Below, one piece after another: positions 35,233-43,351 of a stretch of DNA of 64,000 bases. Within the stretch, counting starts at the first letter, position 1. Every line of letters begins with the position of its first letter. A program made the translations under genes and the position numbers. This DNA is from Acidobacteriota bacterium. GTDB taxonomy: Bacteria; Acidobacteriota; Thermoanaerobaculia; Thermoanaerobaculales; Sulfomarinibacteraceae. Under the pieces are notes generated by a model. The model was not told the DNA's origin, did not search any database, and was given only the letters and a program-made list of their open reading frames with translations. Location: contig JAHECW010000005.1 in the NCBI GenBank assembly GCA_024641545.1, forward strand, positions 6,067-70,066, in the 5' to 3' direction.

Positions 35233-36261
35233 ATGAAGAGTCCTGCTGTCCGCATCGGTGTTTCCATCGTGCTCATGATCGCCCTGCTGGCGTTCTTTCT
35301 CTGGAACGTCAACTTCGAGGAGATGATGCACGGCCTCAAGCAGGCGGACCCGTGGCTCGTCGCGCTCGCCGCACTCCTCGCCCTCATCGCCTACTGGGCG
35401 AGGGTGATTCGCTGGATGCTCATTCTCCGGCCGGTGGCGAAGGTCCGTCACTCCAGCGCGCTGCTGGCAACGGTGGTCGGCTACGCCGCCATCACCCTGC
35501 TCCCGGCCCGGATGGGCGACATCATCCGCCCGGTGATCCTGGCCAGACGGGATCACTTTCCGGTCTCCGCCGGACTCGCTTCGATTCTCACCGAACGGGT
35601 CTTCGATCTCTGGACCGTGGTGCTGTTCTTCCTCGTGTTCCTGATCTGGCCCCCGGCCATGGCGGATCTGGACGCCGGCGCCGAGGCCAACCTCCACCTG
35701 CTCCGGGTGTCCGGTTACGCCGTCGGGGTGGCCCTCACCCTCGGGACCTTGGTTCTCCTCGGGCTGTTTCAATACCAGGATCGCTTCGTCGCGATCCTCA
35801 GCCGACCGGTTGAGCGCTTCGCCCCGTCATGGCGCGAAGGATTCACCAATTTCCTCAACCACTTCCTCGACGGCCTCCGCGTCCTCCAGCGCCCCCGCGA
35901 TCTCGTCGTCACCGCCACCGCGTCGTTCGCCCTCTGGTACATCATTTTCTGGCAGGTGAGGGTCACCCTTCTCGCCTTTCATCTCGATTTTCCACTCCGG
36001 GTGGCATTCCTGCTGGTGACCCTGGCCGTCCTCGGCCTCGCCATCCCTACGCCGGGTGGAGTCGGCGGCTTTCACAAGGCGACTCAGGTCGGACTCACGA
36101 CGTTCTTCGCCGTTGAACTCAACCTCGCCACCGCCATCGCCATCGTCTATCACGCCATCTGTTTTGTCCCGATCACGGTGATCGGACTGTTCTGCCTGCC
36201 GCTGCTGGGAATGCGTTTTGCCGATGTCCGCGGGTTGGCCGAAGAAGGCGAAATCGAATGA
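35233..36261 (+). CDS. Flippase-like / lysylphosphatidylglycerol-synthase-TM-region family membrane protein (UPF0104-type)
   Basis: About 8 TM helices. N-terminal pattern SIVLMIALLAFFLWNVNFEEM...ADPWLVALA...RVIRWMLIL. The track start at 35227 is TTG; ATG at 35233. Confidence 0.65.
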   Translation: MKSPAVRIGVSIVLMIALLAFFLWNVNFEEMMHGLKQADPWLVALAALLALIAYWARVIRWMLILRPVAKVRHSSALLATVVGYAAITLLPARMGDIIRPVILARRDHFPVSAGLASILTERVFDLWTVVLFFLVFLIWPPAMADLDAGAEANLHLLRVSGYAVGVALTLGTLVLLGLFQYQDRFVAILSRPVERFAPSWREGFTNFLNHFLDGLRVLQRPRDLVVTATASFALWYIIFWQVRVTLLAFHLDFPLRVAFLLVTLAVLGLAIPTPGGVGGFHKATQVGLTTFFAVELNLATAIAIVYHAICFVPITVIGLFCLPLLGMRFADVRGLAEEGEIE

Positions 36262-36719
36262 TCTGCCCATTCTGCGGCGAATCGTCGAACCGGGTGGTGG
36301 ATTCGCGCGAGGTCCGCGAGGGTGCGGAGATCCGCCGCCGCCGCGAGTGCGCCGAATGCAACCGCCGATTCACCACTTACGAACGGGTTGACGAGCTGCC
36401 GGTCACGGTGGTCAAGCGCGATGGCCGACGCGAGAGTTTCGACCGCGAGAAGCTCCTCAACGGGATGCTCCGCGCATGCGAGAAACGACCGGTCCCGCGG
36501 CGCGATCTGCTCAAGATCGTCGACGTGGTGGAATCCGCCATCGCCTCGCAGGAAGTTCGCGAAATGTCCACCGAAGAGATCGGCCATCTCGTGATCGAAC
36601 GACTGCGCAGTCTGGACCAGGTCGCCTACGTTCGCTTCGCCAGCGTGTATCGCCGTTTCGAGGACGTCAACCAATTCATGGAGGAGCTCAAGTCTCTGCT
36701 CCTCACCCACGACGAATGA
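36258..36719 (+). CDS. nrdR: Transcriptional repressor NrdR
   Basis: MICPFCGESSNRVVDSREVREGAEIRRRRECAECNRRFTTYERV zinc ribbon plus an ATP-cone. ATGA overlap with the upstream gene. Confidence 0.95.
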   Translation: MICPFCGESSNRVVDSREVREGAEIRRRRECAECNRRFTTYERVDELPVTVVKRDGRRESFDREKLLNGMLRACEKRPVPRRDLLKIVDVVESAIASQEVREMSTEEIGHLVIERLRSLDQVAYVRFASVYRRFEDVNQFMEELKSLLLTHDE

Positions 36720-39103
36720 AGAACGGAGAAAGCGGCGGCGAACCGCGCTCCGACGTCCTCGAGCTCGAAACCGACATCGTTCAGATCGCCGATGAGCTTC
36801 CGGTGCTGCCGCTGCGCGACGCGGTCCTCTTCCCGTACGCGATCCTGCCGCTTTCGGTGGACCGGGAGGCCTCATCACTGGCGGTCGACGGTGCCCTCAG
36901 CGGCGACCGAGCGATCCTCCTGCTCTCGCAGCGGGATGGGCAGATCAGCGAACCCGGCGGGGACGACCTCTACTCGGTCGGGTGCGTCGGGACCATCATG
37001 CGGGCGGTGAAGCTCCCGGACGGTAGTCAACGCATCCTGGTCCAGGGTCTCTCGCGCGCCCATGCCGACTACTTCACTAACACCCAACCCTATCTGACGG
37101 CGCGAATCCGCCTCATAGAAGAACCCGCCATCGTCAGCGACGGGCTCGAGATCGAAGCCGCGGTCAGGACCATTCGCACCGGTCTGGAGCAGATCCAGAA
37201 CCTGGGCAAGGGCATCTCGCCCGAGATCATGGTCCTCGCGGCCGATCTCGAGGACCCCATTCGTCTCGCCGATCTCGCCGCCGCCAATCTCGGGCTGCCC
37301 GTCGCCGATGCTCAGGAGGTGCTCGAAACCGCCACGATCGAGGCGCGTCTCGAGCGCGTTCATACGTTGCTCGAACGCGAGATCGCCCTCCTCGAACTGC
37401 AGGAGCGGATCTCGACCCGGGTCCGGAACGAGATGGACCGAGGCCAGCGCGAATATCTCCTCCGGCAACAGATGAGGACGATTCAGATGGAGCTCGGCGA
37501 GATCGACGATTCCGAGGGCGAGGTCCAGGAGTACCGCGAACGCGGCGACAAGGTCGAGCTCCCCCCGGCCGCGAGAAAAGAGTTCGACACCCAACTTCGA
37601 CGACTCGCCACCATGCACCCGGACTCCGCCGAGGCATCCGTCGTGCGGACCTGGCTCGACTGGATGACAACGCTGCCGTGGCAGAAGGCCACCAAAGACA
37701 CCCTCGACATCGCGGCCGCGCGGACGATCCTCGATGAGGATCACTATGATCTCGATCGCGTCAAACAGAGAATCGTGGAGTTTCTCGCGGTTCGCCAGCT
37801 CCAGCCGGAGAGCAAGGGGCCGATTCTCTGCTTTGCCGGCCCACCCGGGGTCGGCAAGACCTCCCTCGGTCGCTCCATCGCCCGGGCCATGGGGCGGAGC
37901 TTTGTCCGCACGTCCATGGGTGGCGTAAGGGACGAGGCCGAGATCCGAGGTCATCGGCGGACCTACGTCGGAGCCCTGCCCGGTCGGGTCATCCAATGTC
38001 TGCAACAGGCGGACAGCATCAACCCGGTCTTCATGCTCGACGAGGTCGACAAGATCGGCTCCGATTTCCGCGGCGATCCGTCCTCGGCGCTCCTCGAAGT
38101 TCTTGATCCCGAGCAGAACCACACCTTCCGCGATCACTACCTCGGAGTGGACATCGATCTTTCGCGGGTTCTCTTCATCACCACCGCCAACGTCACCGAC
38201 ACCATTCAACCCGCCTTTCTCGACCGGATGGAAGTGATCCGTCTCGAGGGTTACACCGAAGAGGAGAAGATCGAGATCGCCCGCCGGCACCTGACGCCGC
38301 GGCAGATTCGCGAGAACGGCCTCACCGACGTGCGTCCCACTTTCACCACGAAGGCCCTGCACGAGCTCGTCGACGGCTACACGCGAGAGGCCGGAGTTCG
38401 CAATCTCGAGCGCCGCATCGGCGCCGTCTGCCGCAAGATCGCGGTTCTCGCCGCCGAGAACCGCCGCCGTCCCCGGCGCATCACCCCATCATTGGTCAAC
38501 AAACTCCTCGGCCCCCGCCCGTACCTGGCCGAGGAACGTCTTCAAGAGAACCGCATCGGGGTCGCCACCGGTCTCGCCTACACCCCGGTCGGCGGTGACA
38601 TCCTCCTCGTCGAGGCCGCGGCATCCGCGACCGACAAGGGCGACCTCAGACTCACTGGGTCCCTTGGCGAGGTCATGAAAGAGTCGGCCACCGCGGCGGT
38701 GACCTTTGCCCGGGCCCACGCCGGCGAGCACGGCATCCCCGACAACTGGTTCGATCGCCATCTGTTGCACATCCACGTCCCGGCCGGCGGCGTTCCGAAG
38801 GACGGACCATCGGCGGGAGTGACGCTGCTTGCAGCCATCGTGTCGGCCGCATCGGGACGCCCGGTCCGTCATGATATCGCCATGACCGGCGAGCTCACGC
38901 TGCGCGGCGATGTTCTTCCCGTCGGCGGGGTCAAAGAGAAGGTCCTGGCCGCGCTCCGCGCCGGAATCCGGCGCATCGTTCTCCCGGCCACCAACAAACG
39001 GGACTTCCTGGAGCTTCCGCCGAATGCGCGGCGGCAGGCCAAGGTCCACTATGTTCACAAGGCCGAAGACGTTCTCAACCTGGTCATCGTCAAGGCCAAG
39101 TAA
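36716..39103 (+). CDS. lon: ATP-dependent Lon protease
   Basis: Start trimmed to the ATG at 36716 (MKNGESGG...), which overlaps the nrdR stop (ATGA). LPVLPLRDAVLFPY N-domain, Walker A GPPGVGKTS, and protease site PKDGPSAGVT. Confidence 0.97.
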   Translation: MKNGESGGEPRSDVLELETDIVQIADELPVLPLRDAVLFPYAILPLSVDREASSLAVDGALSGDRAILLLSQRDGQISEPGGDDLYSVGCVGTIMRAVKLPDGSQRILVQGLSRAHADYFTNTQPYLTARIRLIEEPAIVSDGLEIEAAVRTIRTGLEQIQNLGKGISPEIMVLAADLEDPIRLADLAAANLGLPVADAQEVLETATIEARLERVHTLLEREIALLELQERISTRVRNEMDRGQREYLLRQQMRTIQMELGEIDDSEGEVQEYRERGDKVELPPAARKEFDTQLRRLATMHPDSAEASVVRTWLDWMTTLPWQKATKDTLDIAAARTILDEDHYDLDRVKQRIVEFLAVRQLQPESKGPILCFAGPPGVGKTSLGRSIARAMGRSFVRTSMGGVRDEAEIRGHRRTYVGALPGRVIQCLQQADSINPVFMLDEVDKIGSDFRGDPSSALLEVLDPEQNHTFRDHYLGVDIDLSRVLFITTANVTDTIQPAFLDRMEVIRLEGYTEEEKIEIARRHLTPRQIRENGLTDVRPTFTTKALHELVDGYTREAGVRNLERRIGAVCRKIAVLAAENRRRPRRITPSLVNKLLGPRPYLAEERLQENRIGVATGLAYTPVGGDILLVEAAASATDKGDLRLTGSLGEVMKESATAAVTFARAHAGEHGIPDNWFDRHLLHIHVPAGGVPKDGPSAGVTLLAAIVSAASGRPVRHDIAMTGELTLRGDVLPVGGVKEKVLAALRAGIRRIVLPATNKRDFLELPPNARRQAKVHYVHKAEDVLNLVIVKAK

Positions 39104-39349
39104 CGCGTTTCGTGGAAACCCGGCAGGCAAAAAGCTGATTCGACGATCTCGGGGATAGAAGGCGTCACGCTTTCCCCGATAGCGCCGGTCCTTTCCTCCG
39201 GAAAGCCCCGGCACTCTCGGGGTCTGAGGATTTGTGGCGAACAAAACCAAACCGGGCTCAATGCGACGGATCATTGGCCGAAGGCCAACAGCTCGGGCGT
39301 CCCGGTCAGCTCGCCGATGGGGCTGGCACTAGCACCGGGGGACACAGAC

Positions 39350-39416
39350 AACTCAAACCAAAACCTCAGGAATTCACGGGGAAGGAGCGCAGCGACCTTT
39401 CACGGGGGTTCCTGAG
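39350..39416 (-). terminator. Structured terminator-like element downstream of the decarboxylase gene (locus E of the word-repeat family)
   Basis: On the minus strand: CTCAGGAA-(36 nt containing two TTCACGGGG-type direct repeats)-TTCCTGAG, followed by GTTTTGGTTTGAG. It begins ~18 nt after the stop at 39435. Confidence 0.45.
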
Positions 39417-39434
39417 AACCCGAGGGCGCGCAAG

Positions 39435-40376
39435 CTACTGCCGCTTTTTGAAAAACTCGATCGTCTTCTTCAGACCATGTTCGAGCTCGATCTTCGGCTC
39501 CCAGCCGAGCACCCTGCGGGCCAGGGTGATGTCCGGCTGGCGGACCTTGGGGTCGTTGACGGGCAACTCGTGAAACACGACCTCGGAGGAAGCGCCGATG
39601 ATTCGGATGATCTCGCGCGCGAACTGGAGCACCGTCATCTCCGACGGGTTGCCGATGTTGACCGGCTCATCGTAGTCCGAATTGAGCAGTCGCCAGATGC
39701 CCTCGATGAGGTCGTCGACATAACAGAAGGAGCGGGTCTGCGAGCCGTCGCCAAAAACCGTCAGCGGCTCGTTCGCCAACGCCTGGCAGATGAACGCCGG
39801 CACGACCCGACCGTCGCCGGCCCGCATCCTCGGTCCGTAGGTGTTGAAGATCCTGACGATCCGGGTCGAGAGCCCGTGGTGGCGGTTGTAGGCCATGGTG
39901 ATGGCTTCTGCGAACCGCTTGGCCTCGTCGTAGACTCCTCGCGGACCGACCGGGTTGACGTTGCCCCAGTAGGTTTCGGGCTGGGGGTGAACCAACGGAT
40001 CGCCATAGCTCTCCGATGTCGAGGCGAGGAGAAAACGCGCGCCCTTGGACTTGGCGAGGCCGATCGCCTTGTGGGTCCCCAACGACCCGACCTTGAGGGT
40101 CTGGATGGGCAGTTTGAGATAGTCGATGGGCGATGCCGGGGAGGCGAAGTGCAGCACGAAATCCAACCGACCGGCGACGTGAATGAAATTGGTCACATCG
40201 TGCTCGACGAAGATGAACCCGTCTCGGCCGAAGAGATGTTCGATGTTCTCGAGGCTGCCGGTGATGAGGTTGTCCATGCAGACCACATCGAGACCCTCTT
40301 TGAGCAGCCGCTCACAAAGATGAGAGCCGAGGAAGCCCGCGCCTCCGGTCACCAACGCCCGTCGTTTTCCCGTCAT
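39435..40376 (-). CDS. UDP-glucuronate decarboxylase-like NAD-dependent epimerase/dehydratase (SDR)
   Basis: [43 protein letters not shown], and YDEAKR catalytic motif. ATG at 40376 follows GGAGG at 5 nt; the track start at 40379 is TTG. Confidence 0.85.
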   Translation of the reverse strand: MTGKRRALVTGGAGFLGSHLCERLLKEGLDVVCMDNLITGSLENIEHLFGRDGFIFVEHDVTNFIHVAGRLDFVLHFASPASPIDYLKLPIQTLKVGSLGTHKAIGLAKSKGARFLLASTSESYGDPLVHPQPETYWGNVNPVGPRGVYDEAKRFAEAITMAYNRHHGLSTRIVRIFNTYGPRMRAGDGRVVPAFICQALANEPLTVFGDGSQTRSFCYVDDLIEGIWRLLNSDYDEPVNIGNPSEMTVLQFAREIIRIIGASSEVVFHELPVNDPKVRQPDITLARRVLGWEPKIELEHGLKKTIEFFKKRQ

Positions 40377-40416
40377 CAAGGCCTCCGAGGCGGGAGCCTA
40401 GCACAGTTCAATAAGC

Positions 40417-40441
40417 GAAACCCGCGCGGTGCGCGGGTTTC
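40417..40441 (-). terminator. Hairpin terminator after tRNA-Asn
   Basis: GAAACCCGCGC-GGT-GCGCGGGTTTC, 17 nt after the tRNA 3-prime end. The minus strand continues TTTCGCTTATTG. Confidence 0.55.
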
Positions 40442-40457
40442 GTTGATTGAGATGTTC

Positions 40458-40534
40458 TGGCTCCGCAGGAGGGATTTGAACCCCCAACCTAGTGGTTAAC
40501 AGCCACCCGCTCTACCGTTGAGCTACTGCGGAGC
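40458..40534 (-). tRNA. tRNA-Asn (anticodon GTT), CCA encoded
   Basis: The minus strand reads GCTCCGCAGTAGCTCAACGGTAGAGCGGGTGGCTGTTAACCACTAGGTTGGGGGTTCAAATCCCTCCTGCGGAGCCA (77 nt). 7-bp acceptor stem GCTCCGC/GCGGAGC, anticodon loop CTGTTAA, T-arm GGGGG-TTCAAAT-CCCTC. Confidence 0.95.
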
Positions 40535-40552
40535 ATCAAGCAGCAGGACGGT

Positions 40553-40580
40553 ATTGTAGTCTCCGGTTGTCGATTGTCAA
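40553..40580 (-). promoter_or_regulatory. Near-consensus sigma-70 promoter for tRNA-Asn
   Basis: The minus strand reads TTGACA-(16 nt)-TACAAT, with the -10 element ending 18 nt upstream of the mature tRNA 5-prime end. The -35 hexamer overlaps the TGA stop of the upstream DUF3891-like gene. Confidence 0.6.
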
Positions 40581-41383
40581 CCAAGGGCGGATGCGCGCAG
40601 GAGCGTGAAGTTCAATCTCTCGACGGGAGCCCGCAGGAGAACCTCGCGGAACTCGTCGGCGGAGTCGAAGCGCGTTTCCGGCAGAACACGCCCCTCGACC
40701 TGAAGCCGCACCCGATCCCCCTCCATGGGCCACGGATCGACCCTCCAGTTGGTTTGATCCATGGCGCTGAACCTGACGGATCGAACCTCACCGTCCGCGG
40801 TCGGCGCCGCAACCTCGAACTCCGACGCCAGGGCGGCACAAAGATAGACCGAAACCCTGTCGGCAAGGGTCAGGATGTCGGCATTGGATTGCCGCCTCGT
40901 TCCCCGCAGGCAACCCTGGTAGCGGGCATCCGGACCGAGGATCTCCACCCACTCGTCCTTCCGGCGATTCATCTCGGCTCGGAAGCGCTCCGCGAGGCGG
41001 CCCGACGAGGTGTCCCCACGCGCCAGGTAATCCGCGGTCTTGGTTTCCGCCATCTCGGCGAAATGGCTGGCGACCAGAAGCGCCGCATATCTGCTGTGAA
41101 GGACGGTTCGGGCGACGCACCGACGCCAGATCTCGAGGTGGCGTTCCACCTCCATCCGGTCAAAGGTCCGCGGGCGGCCCTCGTCATCGATTCCCGGCGC
41201 CTCGTCGAATTCGGTCCAGCCGGAGTCGTGGAGCATCACGGCCGCGAGAACCTCGGCTCGGGGGAGCGGCCGGCAGAAGTGTCGATTACCCCAGTGCTCG
41301 GCCAGCTGCCAGGCGAGCCAGGAGTGCGAAGCCTGAGGGATTGCCAGGGTTCGAGTCGGGTCGTCTCCGGTGTGCAGGAACAT
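40577..41383 (-). CDS. DUF3891-like hypothetical protein (HD-like N-terminal motif)
   Basis: Only the C-terminal 268 aa of the 559-aa track ORF are kept (MFLHTGDDPTRTLAIPQASHSWLAWQLAEHWGN...MLHDSGW). The N-terminal extension is Arg/Pro-rich and then antisense to gdhA. Confidence 0.55.
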   Translation of the reverse strand: MFLHTGDDPTRTLAIPQASHSWLAWQLAEHWGNRHFCRPLPRAEVLAAVMLHDSGWTEFDEAPGIDDEGRPRTFDRMEVERHLEIWRRCVARTVLHSRYAALLVASHFAEMAETKTADYLARGDTSSGRLAERFRAEMNRRKDEWVEILGPDARYQGCLRGTRRQSNADILTLADRVSVYLCAALASEFEVAAPTADGEVRSVRFSAMDQTNWRVDPWPMEGDRVRLQVEGRVLPETRFDSADEFREVLLRAPVERLNFTLLRASALG

Positions 41384-41667
41384 CCGATAATTGTACCCGA
41401 TGCGCCGGTCCGGACCGGCTGCTCCCACCGGCGGGGGAGGTTCGGGCGAACCCACTGATCGCCCGGGCCGGACCGCGATCAGCTCGCTGCCGCCGGGTCG
41501 TTCGCCGCAGACGGAGACGGCGGCCCGAACTCGCGCTGGCCGAGTGTTCGGTCGACTCCGACTCGGGCCCTGGCTCAATCTCGACCGCGCCGATCCGCTC
41601 GTCCCTGCGATATCCGCCTTCCGCATCGATCGACACCGGCGCGGCCAGCCGAAGGACCCGAAAAACC

Positions 41668-41697
41668 TTGACTCTCCACCCGTGCGAGGCGTATAAC
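41668..41697 (+). promoter_or_regulatory. Sigma-70-like promoter for gdhA
   Basis: TTGACT-(18 nt)-TATAAC about 55 nt upstream of the ATG. GGGAG RBS 6 nt before the start. Confidence 0.5.
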
Positions 41698-41752
41698 CCG
41701 CAGACGCTTCGTTTCGCTCCGGGACGGCGCGAACGGTAACCAGGGAGTCAAA

Positions 41753-43036
41753 ATGAGCCACGAGTTCAACGCCTTCACCATGGCCCAGCGTCAGTTCGAC
41801 GCGGTCGCCGAACTGCTCCAACTCGACGACGGTATCCGCGATCTGCTGCGGGTGCCGCAGCGCGAGTACCACTTCACCATTCCCATCCGCATGGATGACG
41901 GATCGGTCAAGGTCTTCAGGGGATTCCGCGTCCAGCACAACGACGCCCGCGGCCCCGCCAAGGGCGGCATCCGCTTCCACCCCCAAGAGACAGTTGACAC
42001 GGTGCGGGCCCTGGCCACCTGGATGACCTGGAAGTGCGCCGTTGTCGACATCCCGCTCGGCGGCGGCAAGGGCGGCGTCATCTGCGACCCGCACAATCTC
42101 TCGCCGCGCGAGCAGGAAGCGCTGTGTCGCGGCTGGGTCCGCCAGGTTTCGAAGAACATCGGACCGATCAACGATGTCCCGGCCCCGGATGTCATGACCA
42201 ACCCGCAGCACATGGTCTGGATCCTCGACGAGTACGAGAAGCTCGCCGGCGGCCACTACCCCGGCATGATCACCGGCAAGCCGGTCGAGGTCGGTGGATC
42301 ACTCGGCCGCACCGAAGCCACCGGCTACGGCGTGGTCTATACCGTGCGCGAGGCGCTCAAACGCATGAACCTCTCGATGGGGGAGATCCGCGCTTCGATC
42401 CAGGGCTTCGGCAACGTCGCCCAGTACGCCTCCAAGAAGCTCATCGAGCTCGGTGCGACGGTGGTCGCGGTGTCCTGCTGGGACAACGACGACCAGATCT
42501 CCTACACCTACAAGAAGGCGGACGGCATCGACGCCGATTTCCTGCTCTCGATCACCAATCGGTTCGGCGCCATCGACAAGGCCAAGGCCGAGGCCGCCGG
42601 TTACGAACGGCTCGAGGCCAACGCCTGGCTCGATCAGGATGTGCATATTCTCATCCCGGCGGCGCTGGAAAACCAGATCACCGCCGACAACGTCGAGCGG
42701 ATCCACTCGAACGTCAGGATCGTGGCCGAAGGCGCCAACGGGCCGACCACTCCCGAAGCCGACGAGGTGCTCAAGAAGCGCGGCATCTTCGTCATTCCCG
42801 ACTTCCTCGCCAACGCCGGTGGCGTCACCTGCTCCTACTTCGAGCAGGTCCAGTGCAACACCAACTTCTTCTGGCCCAAGGACGAGGTCCTGAAGCGTCT
42901 CGACCAGAAAATGACCACGGCCTTCCACGCCGTGGCCGATCTGTCCGAGGAGACCGGCGAGTACATGCGCGACGCCGCCTACATGATCGCGATCCAGCGC
43001 GTCGCCACCGCCTGCCACCTCCGCGGCTGGGCGTAG
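41753..43036 (+). CDS. gdhA: Glutamate dehydrogenase (Glu/Leu/Phe/Val dehydrogenase family)
   Basis: GPAKGGIRFHP catalytic Lys motif, IPLGGGKGG, and NAD(P) fold GFGNVAQ. Confidence 0.93.
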   Translation: MSHEFNAFTMAQRQFDAVAELLQLDDGIRDLLRVPQREYHFTIPIRMDDGSVKVFRGFRVQHNDARGPAKGGIRFHPQETVDTVRALATWMTWKCAVVDIPLGGGKGGVICDPHNLSPREQEALCRGWVRQVSKNIGPINDVPAPDVMTNPQHMVWILDEYEKLAGGHYPGMITGKPVEVGGSLGRTEATGYGVVYTVREALKRMNLSMGEIRASIQGFGNVAQYASKKLIELGATVVAVSCWDNDDQISYTYKKADGIDADFLLSITNRFGAIDKAKAEAAGYERLEANAWLDQDVHILIPAALENQITADNVERIHSNVRIVAEGANGPTTPEADEVLKKRGIFVIPDFLANAGGVTCSYFEQVQCNTNFFWPKDEVLKRLDQKMTTAFHAVADLSEETGEYMRDAAYMIAIQRVATACHLRGWA

Positions 43037-43077
43037 ATCCCGAGGTCGACAGTCGACCGTTCACAGTTTCATCTCGG

Positions 43078-43106
43078 AACGCCCGGCTTCGGCCGGGCGT
43101 TTTTTG
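43078..43106 (+). terminator. Rho-independent terminator of gdhA
   Basis: AACGCCCGGC-TTCG-GCCGGGCGTT, followed by a T6 run. Confidence 0.85.
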
Positions 43107-43155
43107 TATCAAAGGCCCGTCGGCGACCCCGGCACCACCGCCCTCGGGGAGTCAC

Positions 43156-43320
43156 CCCAGAGGCACAGAGGGCATCTGACCGACTTCAGCGCCAGACCTT
43201 CGCCGATCCAACCGATGAGACCCCTGCGCGGTTGACTCACCGTTGAAGAACCGAAAGGCGAGGAGCGGAGAGTCAGACTTCAGCCAGCTGACGCTCCCTC
43301 TGTGTCTCCGTGCCCCTGTG
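43156..43320. repeat. Intergenic 8-mer word inverted array (locus B)
   Basis: Left arm CCCAGAGG CACAGAGG (43156-43171). Right arm CCTCTGTG TCTCCGTG CCCCTGTG (43297-43320) is three inverted units. The spacer carries AGTCAGACTTCAGCC (43271-43285), 14/15 identical to the reverse complement of 25118-25132 in locus A. Confidence 0.65.
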
Positions 43321-43351
43321 ATGATTCGGAGACGCCGAATACGAACCAGGG

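Noticed and set aside
36476-36715. 80-codon N-terminal extension of the lon ORF
   Set aside because: It overlaps nrdR out of frame. The ATG at 36716 overlaps the nrdR stop and gives a normal Lon N-terminus.
40380-40580. Genomic island or prophage insertion at tRNA-Asn
   Set aside because: There is no integrase, no direct repeat of the tRNA 3-prime end, and the flanking genes (UDP-glucuronate decarboxylase-like, DUF3891-like, gdhA) look like ordinary chromosomal genes with the same composition.
40577-42256. 559-aa ORF spanning the DUF3891-like gene, the 41384-41752 spacer and the 5-prime part of gdhA antisense
   Set aside because: Only the last 268 aa look like a real protein. The rest is antisense to the strongly supported gdhA gene, or is low-complexity sequence across an intergenic region containing the gdhA promoter.
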